64,000 nucleotides of DNA from a virus (IMGVR_UViG_3300021400_000191:1-64000), one strand, 5' to 3'; positions 19,831 to 27,259 are shown, counted from the stretch's first letter. Notes: generated by a model from the letters alone, not told the origin. Made by a program: numbers and translations.

Positions 19831-20108
19831 GCTTTATCCTCCAGTTTCCAGGATGCTGTCCACAGTGAGGACAGAACTTGGTCCTCCAGTTTCCAGTGAA
19901 GGTGCTGCCCACAGTGAGGACAGAATTTGGTTCCGATTTCATTGTCCCGCATGATTGTGGTCACCCACATCTTGCATGCCGGGCACTTCCCGGAGAATGC
20001 ATTCTTGAGACTCTCCGACTCTCTCTCGCCAAGAACATTTTCGGGTTTATCTTTCTTCACGAGATTTTCAAGATAAGATTTAAGATAAAGTTTCCGATCC
20101 ATAAACAT
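19827..20108 (-). CDS. Phage zinc-ribbon protein
   Basis: CPAC...FCPHCGQ.L.W. Confidence 0.7.
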   Translation of the reverse strand: MFMDRKLYLKSYLENLVKKDKPENVLGERESESLKNAFSGKCPACKMWVTTIMRDNEIGTKFCPHCGQHLHWKLEDQVLSSLWTASWKLEDKA

Positions 20109-20208
20109 TCACACCTTATCTGTATGTTTTTTATTGAAATTCGAGCAATAAAAATACCCTCACAACTTATCGACCATGTAGTTGCAGAGGGTAAATTGAT
20201 TCTTTTTC

Positions 20209-20688
20209 TTACACTGAACGTGTACGAAGACGATACAACGGGATCCAGTACTGCGTATAGAAATCGCAGCCAGCTGCATCAATGCCGATCAACCAGCCAA
20301 AATCGTCCGTGTCAAAGCAAACGAACCCCAGGTCGGCAATTTCCTTTGTGTGTGCTTTGAACCAACGGAGATCATAGTCGCTCTTAACCTCCCACATGGT
20401 TCCCCACATAGGGAACTGGTCATTAAAGCAGGATATTTCGTTCTCACCGGCAATGATCTTCTTGTTATCTTCAAGTTCCACCACGAAGTCATCGCCGTGC
20501 CGGTCAACGATTACACCGTCGACCATTTCGTCGTTGAACTCAACGCCGATCTGCGACCCAATATGCAATGGGGTTACATTGCGCACTGAGTCATCATCAT
20601 ATCCATACATCTTAATCACAGTTGCTGTGCGGACCTCGTTGAAGGTCATCTCAATCCATGTCTTTACAAATTCTTTTTCATAATTCAT
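20209..20688 (-). CDS. Conserved phage hypothetical protein
   Basis: PMWGTMW and GIDAAG.DFY..YWIPLY; AGGAG RBS. Confidence 0.65.
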   Translation of the reverse strand: MNYEKEFVKTWIEMTFNEVRTATVIKMYGYDDDSVRNVTPLHIGSQIGVEFNDEMVDGVIVDRHGDDFVVELEDNKKIIAGENEISCFNDQFPMWGTMWEVKSDYDLRWFKAHTKEIADLGFVCFDTDDFGWLIGIDAAGCDFYTQYWIPLYRLRTRSV

Positions 20689-20703
20689 CAGTGCGCTCCT
20701 CCT

Positions 20704-20946
20704 TTACTCACGATAGTCATCGTAAATTTCAACGATGAAATCGCATTCTCGTTCTTGTTGCGAAAGATATATATCATTTTTATCTATAGGCATGATAACG
20801 ACAGACGGATTCCAACCATTAAAGTCTGCATTTGCGAAGACATTTCTCACACAGTCTTCCAAGTGCTCATAGCTTTTGATGCATGCATTTTCATCAAAAT
20901 TCATATCATAACGGTCACTTGTATTGGTGATCTTAACCTTGATCAT
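20704..20946 (-). CDS. Small hypothetical protein
   Basis: AAGGCGG RBS, ATG at 20946; ends IEIYDDYRE-like. Confidence 0.55.
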   Translation of the reverse strand: MIKVKITNTSDRYDMNFDENACIKSYEHLEDCVRNVFANADFNGWNPSVVIMPIDKNDIYLSQQERECDFIVEIYDDYRE

Positions 20947-21313
20947 TTGGGAACCGCCTTTCTGCTGCTCGCAGCAAATCTTCATACTGCTGGTGATATT
21001 TGAATTTCTTGTATGCATCGCATGATGTTGCCAGAGTAACCATTCTTTGTGCAACATCCACTTTGGGAAGCTTCTGCTTATGGTCCGACTCATATTCAAT
21101 GACGCTCTCGATATGTTTGTTATCCTCAGAGAATTTAATATCGACAGCGTCGTAACTGGGAACGGCGACCGGAGGCCAGACATCGCTTTCTGTCTCCACG
21201 AATACCCAGTCTTTGATTGCGCCAGAGTTGCACAGTCTTATGAGGTTTTCTTCGTTCGTGAAAGTGCCGACCAGCTTGCCATCATTGAATAGCACAAAGA
21301 TTTTCGTTGCCAT
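20933..21313 (-). CDS. Hypothetical protein
   Basis: ORF track; overlapping packing. Confidence 0.5.
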   Translation of the reverse strand: MATKIFVLFNDGKLVGTFTNEENLIRLCNSGAIKDWVFVETESDVWPPVAVPSYDAVDIKFSEDNKHIESVIEYESDHKQKLPKVDVAQRMVTLATSCDAYKKFKYHQQYEDLLRAAERRFPNDQG

Positions 21314-21671
21314 CAACCCCCAGCCATTTATTAAATTTACGTTCCATAAGCTTCGCAAGGTTGCCAGGTTCAGCCTTGGTCATTGCTTCTTTCAGCTCAG
21401 GCACATCGTATGCAATGCAAGAGCAATAGCAGGTTTCGTCGAACCATTCACCAAAGTCCATGTTAACGTTATAGATGTCGGTCACGGCATGCGTATGCAC
21501 GTTATATTCGACACCATAGTACATTGATTCGGTAGCTGGAAACTGCCCAACAGTTACGATGGAAATGTCTGCATTTTTCTTTGGCAACATTCGTATATAC
21601 TTCTGTGCATCGTCATAGTTGCCACACAGAACAATGTCTTGTCCCAATCGGACCATCCAATACTTTGTCAT
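21282..21671 (-). CDS. Hypothetical protein
   Basis: AAGGAG RBS and ATGA overlap at 21668-21671. Confidence 0.55.
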   Translation of the reverse strand: MTKYWMVRLGQDIVLCGNYDDAQKYIRMLPKKNADISIVTVGQFPATESMYYGVEYNVHTHAVTDIYNVNMDFGEWFDETCYCSCIAYDVPELKEAMTKAEPGNLAKLMERKFNKWLGVDGNENLCAIQ

Positions 21672-21859
21672 GCGAACACTCCTTTGTTCAGCCGGTTCAT
21701 CTGATTCACATACCAATTGCGCTGACGAAAGCGCAGCCAATCTGGGTATTCGAGCCGGGTGATCTCGTTGCCACAATTGCAGCAGATGACGGAAATGTGG
21801 TTCAGCCTTTTCTTAAACTTCACATGGTGTGCACCAAAACACATAAGACAATGTTTCAT
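21668..21859 (-). CDS. Small zinc-ribbon protein directly downstream of RT-associated ncRNA 3
   Basis: CLMC...CCNCG; GGAGG RBS. Confidence 0.6.
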   Translation of the reverse strand: MKHCLMCFGAHHVKFKKRLNHISVICCNCGNEITRLEYPDWLRFRQRNWYVNQMNRLNKGVFA

Positions 21860-21862
21860 AAA

Positions 21863-22012
21863 GTCCCTCCATATCTTTTATCAAAACTTCAATAGACGCC
21901 ATACGGAGCGGCGAAGCCGCCGGGCGTCGAATCTTAAACGTGTATCACTTCTCATCTCATGAAAAGCACCGGTTCAGTTCCAGTTCGAACCAGTCATGAC
22001 ATATTTAGGGAC
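21863..22012 (-). ncRNA. Retron-like msr-msd ncRNA, copy 3
   Basis: Terminal IR GTCCCT-aa-ATAT / ATAT-gg-AGGGAC ending just before G22000; junction TGTCA-TG-stem-G-CTTTTCA(TGAGA)TGAGAAG-TGATA; template hairpin at 21895-21928. Confidence 0.75.
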
Positions 22013-22017
22013 CAAAA

Positions 22018-22473
22018 TTAAAACGGCATTTCAAGATCTTCCATACGCCGTCTAATATCATCACGCCATTCCAAAATAGATTCTCTTTTCTTCTTGTAAA
22101 ACTTTCGGGCAAAGTCTATTGCTTCATTGCTGTCAGGTTTGTATTCAATCCAGTTCAGCAGAAATCCATTCTTGTCAAACAGTAAAACACCGCCACGGAT
22201 TTCTGTTGAAATACTGCAGAAGTTAACTACAGTTTTCTTTTGCAGTTGCCGGACAGTCTCTGCTGCATCATTTATTCCAACCTGAATATCGTCTGTCATG
22301 TATCTGACAGTTACAGTTTTACTCTTAAAGCTTACTTTTGCCAAAAAGCCATTGCTTACTTTCCAGCACGACATTGCCATTCTGAATCCTGACTTGACAA
22401 TATTTCTTTCAACAAAATTTACAAATTCATCATCTGTCATATAATCCAACTGATATCTGAACAGGAAGATCAT
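22018..22473 (-). CDS. Unknown protein between RT-associated ncRNAs 2 and 3 (candidate RT partner)
   Basis: ORF track (start 22488 or 22473); GGGGTGA RBS; no recognisable motif. Confidence 0.65.
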   Translation of the reverse strand: MIFLFRYQLDYMTDDEFVNFVERNIVKSGFRMAMSCWKVSNGFLAKVSFKSKTVTVRYMTDDIQVGINDAAETVRQLQKKTVVNFCSISTEIRGGVLLFDKNGFLLNWIEYKPDSNEAIDFARKFYKKKRESILEWRDDIRRRMEDLEMPF

Positions 22474-22481
22474 CCGCTCAC

Positions 22482-22725
22482 CCCACATCTTTTCACTTGA
22501 AAGAAAACTTATTTGAGCGCCGCTGCATAAACCCTCACGGGTGTTGCAGCGGCGCGAAGCGCAATTATTCAGGAAGCTGGGTTCTAAATATTTCGTTTGA
22601 TTGCGCTAGCAAGCAAAAGAAATATTTTGAACACATCTTCCTGAATAATAAGCGATCCGGGTAACATTTTGTCACATCCTGTTTCACAGAATGCACCACT
22701 CACAAGAGCAGTCATGACATGTGGG
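22482..22725 (-). ncRNA. Retron-like msr-msd ncRNA, copy 2
   Basis: Terminal IR CCCACAT/ATGTGGG ending just before G22718; junction TGTCA-TG-stem-G-CATTCTG(TGAAA)CAGGATG-TGACA; template hairpins at 22564-22649 and 22517-22555. Confidence 0.78.
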
Positions 22726-22731
22726 TTTGGG

Positions 22732-23895
22732 TTAACGCTTCAGCTCCATCCTGATCAGATGCAGCAGATCAACATTGTATTTCTTGCTGTACTTCTCGAT
22801 AATTCCATTGATGCGCTCAGGCTGAATGAATCTGAAGTACTGCAGCAGTCCCTGATACTGCAGGATCTTTTGACGATCCCACCTTTTATCATTGAGAGTA
22901 TCAAGGATGAAGTTATGAGTCATAACCTTGATCAGATTGATGTTCGCGGAGCCGACCGTGATCTCATTGTCCTTATTGAACATCAGACCAAGGTTCCAGT
23001 TGCGACCAGCATTCGAACCATAGCGGAGTTTCTCTTCCTTGATGCGGAACGGAGCCTGAAATTCTGCAAGAACTGCATTGATCAGTTTCACCTGATCATC
23101 AAGGCTAAAGCCGACCTTACTACTGATCTGAATGTCGTCTGCATATCTGGTATATACAATACCACGAGCTTTAAACTGTCTCGTAAGCTCGAAATCAATC
23201 GGAAGCATCAAGAGGTTCGTCAGCAGCGGAGAAACAGTCGTGCCCTGAGGAAGACCACCATTCAGGTAGCACATCATCAGTGCTTCATGTACCTGCTGGC
23301 GGCCCCACTCGTTTGCCATGATTGTGCTGACAGGATAGATCATGCTCAGCATATGCTCCGCCCATTCGAGCTTGCAGTTGCCGAAGAAATCGCTGAAATC
23401 TGTCTTGCCGAACCATTTGCTTCCGTTGTACTGATGCTTCACGATAGCATCCTTTGTGCAACGCTTCTTGATATATGCGTAAGCATTCGTATGATGCAGC
23501 GCATAATGTGCGTCATGGCTGTCAACCGTCCAGAACTTCTTGATATACTCAACAAATTCGTCCTGAAATCCACGGAGCTGAGGCAGCGGAGCATTTATAT
23601 CGCGCCAACCATGCGTTTTCTTCGGGATCTTGAAGTGCCAGTACTGGTCCGACATATCCTCTTTGATCAGACCACGCTGTTTGGCTCGCCCAACGATGTT
23701 GCTGAGCTTCCAGATTGCTGCAGACATGTCATTAGACCGGAAGAATTCTTCTGAATCATCGGCTTCATATGTCCTTGTATAATTCTTATCAATTTCGTGT
23801 GGAATGTTGTCTTCTGTAATCTTCCCATCGAGGATGTCGAGGATGCTGATCTGCTTTTCCCCGGGCTTCCTCGGGATACTCATATAAAGTTTCAT
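22732..23895 (-). CDS. Reverse transcriptase, retron-like (about 387 aa)
   Basis: FKIPKKTHGWRDINAP, AYAY, KTDFSDFF, LPQGTTVSPLLTN, YTRYADD, WNLGL; GAAGGAG RBS before ATG at 23895 (the ORF-track TTG start at 24063 lies inside the ncRNA). Confidence 0.93.
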   Translation of the reverse strand: MKLYMSIPRKPGEKQISILDILDGKITEDNIPHEIDKNYTRTYEADDSEEFFRSNDMSAAIWKLSNIVGRAKQRGLIKEDMSDQYWHFKIPKKTHGWRDINAPLPQLRGFQDEFVEYIKKFWTVDSHDAHYALHHTNAYAYIKKRCTKDAIVKHQYNGSKWFGKTDFSDFFGNCKLEWAEHMLSMIYPVSTIMANEWGRQQVHEALMMCYLNGGLPQGTTVSPLLTNLLMLPIDFELTRQFKARGIVYTRYADDIQISSKVGFSLDDQVKLINAVLAEFQAPFRIKEEKLRYGSNAGRNWNLGLMFNKDNEITVGSANINLIKVMTHNFILDTLNDKRWDRQKILQYQGLLQYFRFIQPERINGIIEKYSKKYNVDLLHLIRMELKR

Positions 23896-23898
23896 GTT

Positions 23899-24226
23899 AA
23901 ACTCTCCTTCTCTCATATGTAAACGTCCCGCGTCACCTGGATAGGAGCTGCAGGTTAGACGACTTTTGCTGTATATTTTATAAATATCAGCCTGCAACTG
24001 ACGGATATTGCCTTGACAAACAGTCAAATTCGTGGCAAAACCAAAGAACTTAAGCTCGCTCAACCTCGGAACACATTAAAACTTGTCTGGATCCAGCTGA
24101 TCTCGAGCTCTGACCGGTCCTAGGCGCCTTCCGGCGGCCTCCTTCTCGTCCTAACATTTCGTTACTCTCCTTCTCAAGGGGAGCCTGCACAAAGCTAAGC
24201 AATGCACAGCACTACAAAGAGAGTTT
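23899..24226 (-). ncRNA. Retron-like msr-msd ncRNA, copy 1 (RT leader)
   Basis: Terminal IR AAACTCTCTTT/AAGGAGAGTTT ending just before G24215; TGTAG-TG-CTGTGCA..TGTGCAG-G-CTCCCCT(TGAGA)AGGAGAG; multi-hairpin template. Confidence 0.7.
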
Positions 24227-24235
24227 GCTAGGGGT

Positions 24236-24907
24236 TTACTTTCCGTTCCAGACACTCAGAGCTTCAGTGTCAATCAGACACATCCGCTCCAACTTTCCAG
24301 TACGGATATAGTTGACGAAGTTGGCAACACCAGCATCCACACACAGTCTCACTGTGGTAGCAACACCCAGCGTAATGCCGCATGCGCTTACGGGATTCTT
24401 GCGATTTGCCTCATCGTCACTATAGTTCATCGTAGACAGCAGCCACTTGATTCCGTCCTGTGTTTGCCAGTCACAGGCGTAATGGTCGGCTGATGTCAGA
24501 CCAGTCCTAAAATCGAAGACACCTTTGATGTCCCGATTGTACCTATAAGTTTCCACCACAGCTTTTCTAACGGAAATGCTGTCAACGCAGAGAAAGATGT
24601 ATCCAGAAAGGTTCACGTCCGGGGACCATCCACTGCTGACCTTGCGAACTTTTACCTCCGGGTTGATCGACTTCATGTGAGCTTCGAGTGCGTCCACCTT
24701 CAGCTTACCCACGTCCTCGACATAGAACATCTGGTTCACAATGTTCTTGTCTTCGACCGTGTCGAAATCGTACAAGACGAAGTTTTCAAGTCCGAACCTA
24801 GCAAGGAGATCGGCAACGGTCGAACCAACCGAGCCGCAGCCAATGATATGGATCCGGTCTTTGACCTTATAGGGATCGAAGTAATCAAGCACTTTCAACA
24901 GGTTCAT
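24236..24907 (-). CDS. ThiF/E1-like ubiquitin-like activating enzyme
   Basis: IIGCGSVGS, DFDTVEDKNIVNQ, K...L, CVDS...R, DFRTG, SACG candidate catalytic Cys. Confidence 0.9.
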   Translation of the reverse strand: MNLLKVLDYFDPYKVKDRIHIIGCGSVGSTVADLLARFGLENFVLYDFDTVEDKNIVNQMFYVEDVGKLKVDALEAHMKSINPEVKVRKVSSGWSPDVNLSGYIFLCVDSISVRKAVVETYRYNRDIKGVFDFRTGLTSADHYACDWQTQDGIKWLLSTMNYSDDEANRKNPVSACGITLGVATTVRLCVDAGVANFVNYIRTGKLERMCLIDTEALSVWNGK

Positions 24908-25349
24908 TATCTGCCTCCATATATCTTCTGAGGCTATTGGCATGCTGCACTTTTCCATTCTCATGGATGCGCAGATCCCATTCACCTCGCTTGTTGAGAA
25001 TGAAGAAGATGTAATAGTCGTCTTCATCCAGCTGGCTCAAGGTTGTCTTTTCGTCCGCAATATCAATAGTACTGGGGACTGCGGGCATGTTCACATGCGA
25101 ATGCCCAGCAAAGCGAATCTTGTTTGCTTTCTCTACAGGCAGATTGATGAGCCATTCATCGTACTCAGGGACACCCTTAGTTGTCACACGAGCTGCGCTC
25201 TTCCGCTGCGGGTACTCAAGGATTTCTACGATTTCAACATCGTCGCCATCGCGCTCACAGACACCATACCAACCGACTTCTGTCGAATTTTTGTTCACAA
25301 GATCCATCATCTGCCGAAAGATCTCTGGCTTAGCGTAGATTTCGATCAT
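24885..25349 (-). CDS. JAB/MPN+ metallo-isopeptidase
   Basis: N-terminal E (TEVGWYG) and HSHxxxxxxxSxxD (GHSHVNMPAVPSTID). Confidence 0.88.
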   Translation of the reverse strand: MIEIYAKPEIFRQMMDLVNKNSTEVGWYGVCERDGDDVEIVEILEYPQRKSAARVTTKGVPEYDEWLINLPVEKANKIRFAGHSHVNMPAVPSTIDIADEKTTLSQLDEDDYYIFFILNKRGEWDLRIHENGKVQHANSLRRYMEADNEPVESA

Positions 25350-26578
25350 CTATTGTCACATCCATTCTCAAGGACTTTCTGTCTTGCCTCATCAAAGGTG
25401 TAGTCCTTATTTTCTTTGATGTTATGGAAGCATTTGCTCTTCCCAGAATTCGTCAGGTCATGCAGAAACTTCCGCATAACGGAATAGTCAACAAGATTCA
25501 GCGTTCCAGCATAGCTGAGACACTGATAGATACATCCGCAAACCTCACCGGCATTCAGCAGCTCCTGCATACTATGCTGAGAGTTGCCGAAGCAATTGTA
25601 GTGTTGCAGATGCGGATTCGGCAGGCGGTCCGCACCATTCACGAACGTATGGTACGTATCGCTCCGCACACGGTCATCAATGCTGAAGTAGGCAATACCA
25701 TTGATTACCCATTCAGGTTCGTCACAGAATGTCCTGTTCAGCAGTTCGATCATGCCATCAGGCTCGGTCCCAGAGAACACCTGATGGACGAGTGCACCCT
25801 TCCAGAGCTCCGGTTGGAACTGTGTGAAGCGTGTAAGCACTTCAAATTCCAGTCTCCGATTGTTGTCGCTAGGAATAAGGCGCAAGCTTTTGTTGCGAGT
25901 AAACATATCCATGAGCTCTTTCGCATCGACGTTCTCCGCGTTCATCTTCAAGCCCATAAGCAGAGCCTGAGCTTCACGGAGATTGTCACACAACGTCCGA
26001 TACTCATCGACATTGCGCTGGATTTCGGCCTGATAGAGATGCACCTTCTCCTCGACGGCGTTTGATTTCGCATTCACCATCCGGTTCATGAAGGCGGAGC
26101 ATGCGTTCCAGATCACCTCACTACCAATACCTTTGGCTTCATACAGCTCGTTCATCAACTGTTCGAGCGTCCTCAGGTTTGCAGCATCGGCCTTGCAGAT
26201 ACACTCAAGGCACTTGCGTTCGAGGTCTGTAAGCGGTTTCTTTTCGAACCACCCGCTCAGCAAGACGGGGACCGTGCTCACAAGAACACGGTCATACTTG
26301 CTGGTGTTGCGGCCCACGATGTGACCAAACTTCTTATCATCGGTCTGATAAAACTTGAAATTCGGAGCTCCCGCACGCTTTGCGTACTCGGTGAGCACTT
26401 TGATCTCATGGTAGCCATCAGGTACATTTTCTTCTGCTCCTGAATAGCTGGAAGAGATGGTTCTGGTGTCCCGGTTATCCAGCCGGTCCACCATCAGCAA
26501 TTTGAACAGGCTGTCGGCGACAAAGTCAACCTCAAAGATGGTGTCTTTGAAGGACAGCGGAATAACCGGGAACGCCAT
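25346..26578 (-). CDS. Coiled-coil protein with C-terminal prokaryotic E2-like domain
   Basis: LPNPHLQHYNCFG resembles the E2 HP(H/N)...C active-site region; lies between the Ubl and JAB genes. Confidence 0.65.
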   Translation of the reverse strand: MAFPVIPLSFKDTIFEVDFVADSLFKLLMVDRLDNRDTRTISSSYSGAEENVPDGYHEIKVLTEYAKRAGAPNFKFYQTDDKKFGHIVGRNTSKYDRVLVSTVPVLLSGWFEKKPLTDLERKCLECICKADAANLRTLEQLMNELYEAKGIGSEVIWNACSAFMNRMVNAKSNAVEEKVHLYQAEIQRNVDEYRTLCDNLREAQALLMGLKMNAENVDAKELMDMFTRNKSLRLIPSDNNRRLEFEVLTRFTQFQPELWKGALVHQVFSGTEPDGMIELLNRTFCDEPEWVINGIAYFSIDDRVRSDTYHTFVNGADRLPNPHLQHYNCFGNSQHSMQELLNAGEVCGCIYQCLSYAGTLNLVDYSVMRKFLHDLTNSGKSKCFHNIKENKDYTFDEARQKVLENGCDNR

Positions 26579-26591
26579 ACTTCAATCCCCC

Positions 26592-27206
26592 TTAATCCTC
26601 GACAATCTGAATGGTTGCCGCGACGGTGTCGAGCTTCGTCTGAATATCCTGAAGGATATTGGCGGCGCCCATTTCCACGAAGTTGAGGAAAGCAAGGAGT
26701 TCGCCGTATTCCTCGGCAATATATGCCTTCTTATCCTCGACTTCGGGCAGAGTAACGGTCACCCAGCACTTGCCACTGTTCGTGGGCTGGGCATTGAAGC
26801 TGATGCTGCGAGCATTCATCTCGCCTTCGCCGGAAGCCAGACCAATCTTCAGCTTCTCAATCTCCATGTCACCTTCGGTGACCTTGTGGACGAGAGAGTC
26901 GGGCATGTACTTCTGCAGACGCTTCACGCCTTCAGGAGTCAGGGTGCTGATGACCTTCATGGTCGGACCATCAACACGGATCGTCGCGCCAGCGTTCTTC
27001 TCAACGACGGCGATCAGGGTATTGCCTTCTTCGGTTGCGCCAAGATCTGCAAGCGTGGTATCAAAGTCATCGACCGGGGTCTGGTTGAAGAACAGGCGAC
27101 CAGGAGCATCATGCAGATACTGGCGGCGGAGGTCTTCAATGGTGCAGTTGGAGTCAACGAGGTACTGATTGCGCTTCATAGCGGTTCCGATAACGATGCT
27201 GATCAT
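26592..27206 (-). CDS. Ubiquitin-like (beta-grasp) domain fused to a C-terminal domain
   Basis: First ~73 aa follow a beta-grasp pattern (ISIVI..., TIEDLRR, RLFFN, TTLADLGA, TLIAVVEKNAG); upstream of E2/JAB/E1. Confidence 0.65.
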   Translation of the reverse strand: MISIVIGTAMKRNQYLVDSNCTIEDLRRQYLHDAPGRLFFNQTPVDDFDTTLADLGATEEGNTLIAVVEKNAGATIRVDGPTMKVISTLTPEGVKRLQKYMPDSLVHKVTEGDMEIEKLKIGLASGEGEMNARSISFNAQPTNSGKCWVTVTLPEVEDKKAYIAEEYGELLAFLNFVEMGAANILQDIQTKLDTVAATIQIVED

Positions 27207-27259
27207 AGATTCTTTTCTCCTTTTCTTTCTGTCGATAAAATAAAATGTATCAATAACCC

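Noticed and set aside
22732-23895. RT as a group II intron or diversity-generating retroelement
   Set aside because: No maturase/endonuclease domain or intron domain V seen; the motif is PQG...SP rather than the DGR-type G...SQ; no template/variable repeat pair differing at adenines was found by eye
23896-24063. ORF-track N-terminal extension of the RT from TTG 24063
   Set aside because: A strong RBS precedes ATG 23895, and the extension lies inside the structured leader RNA
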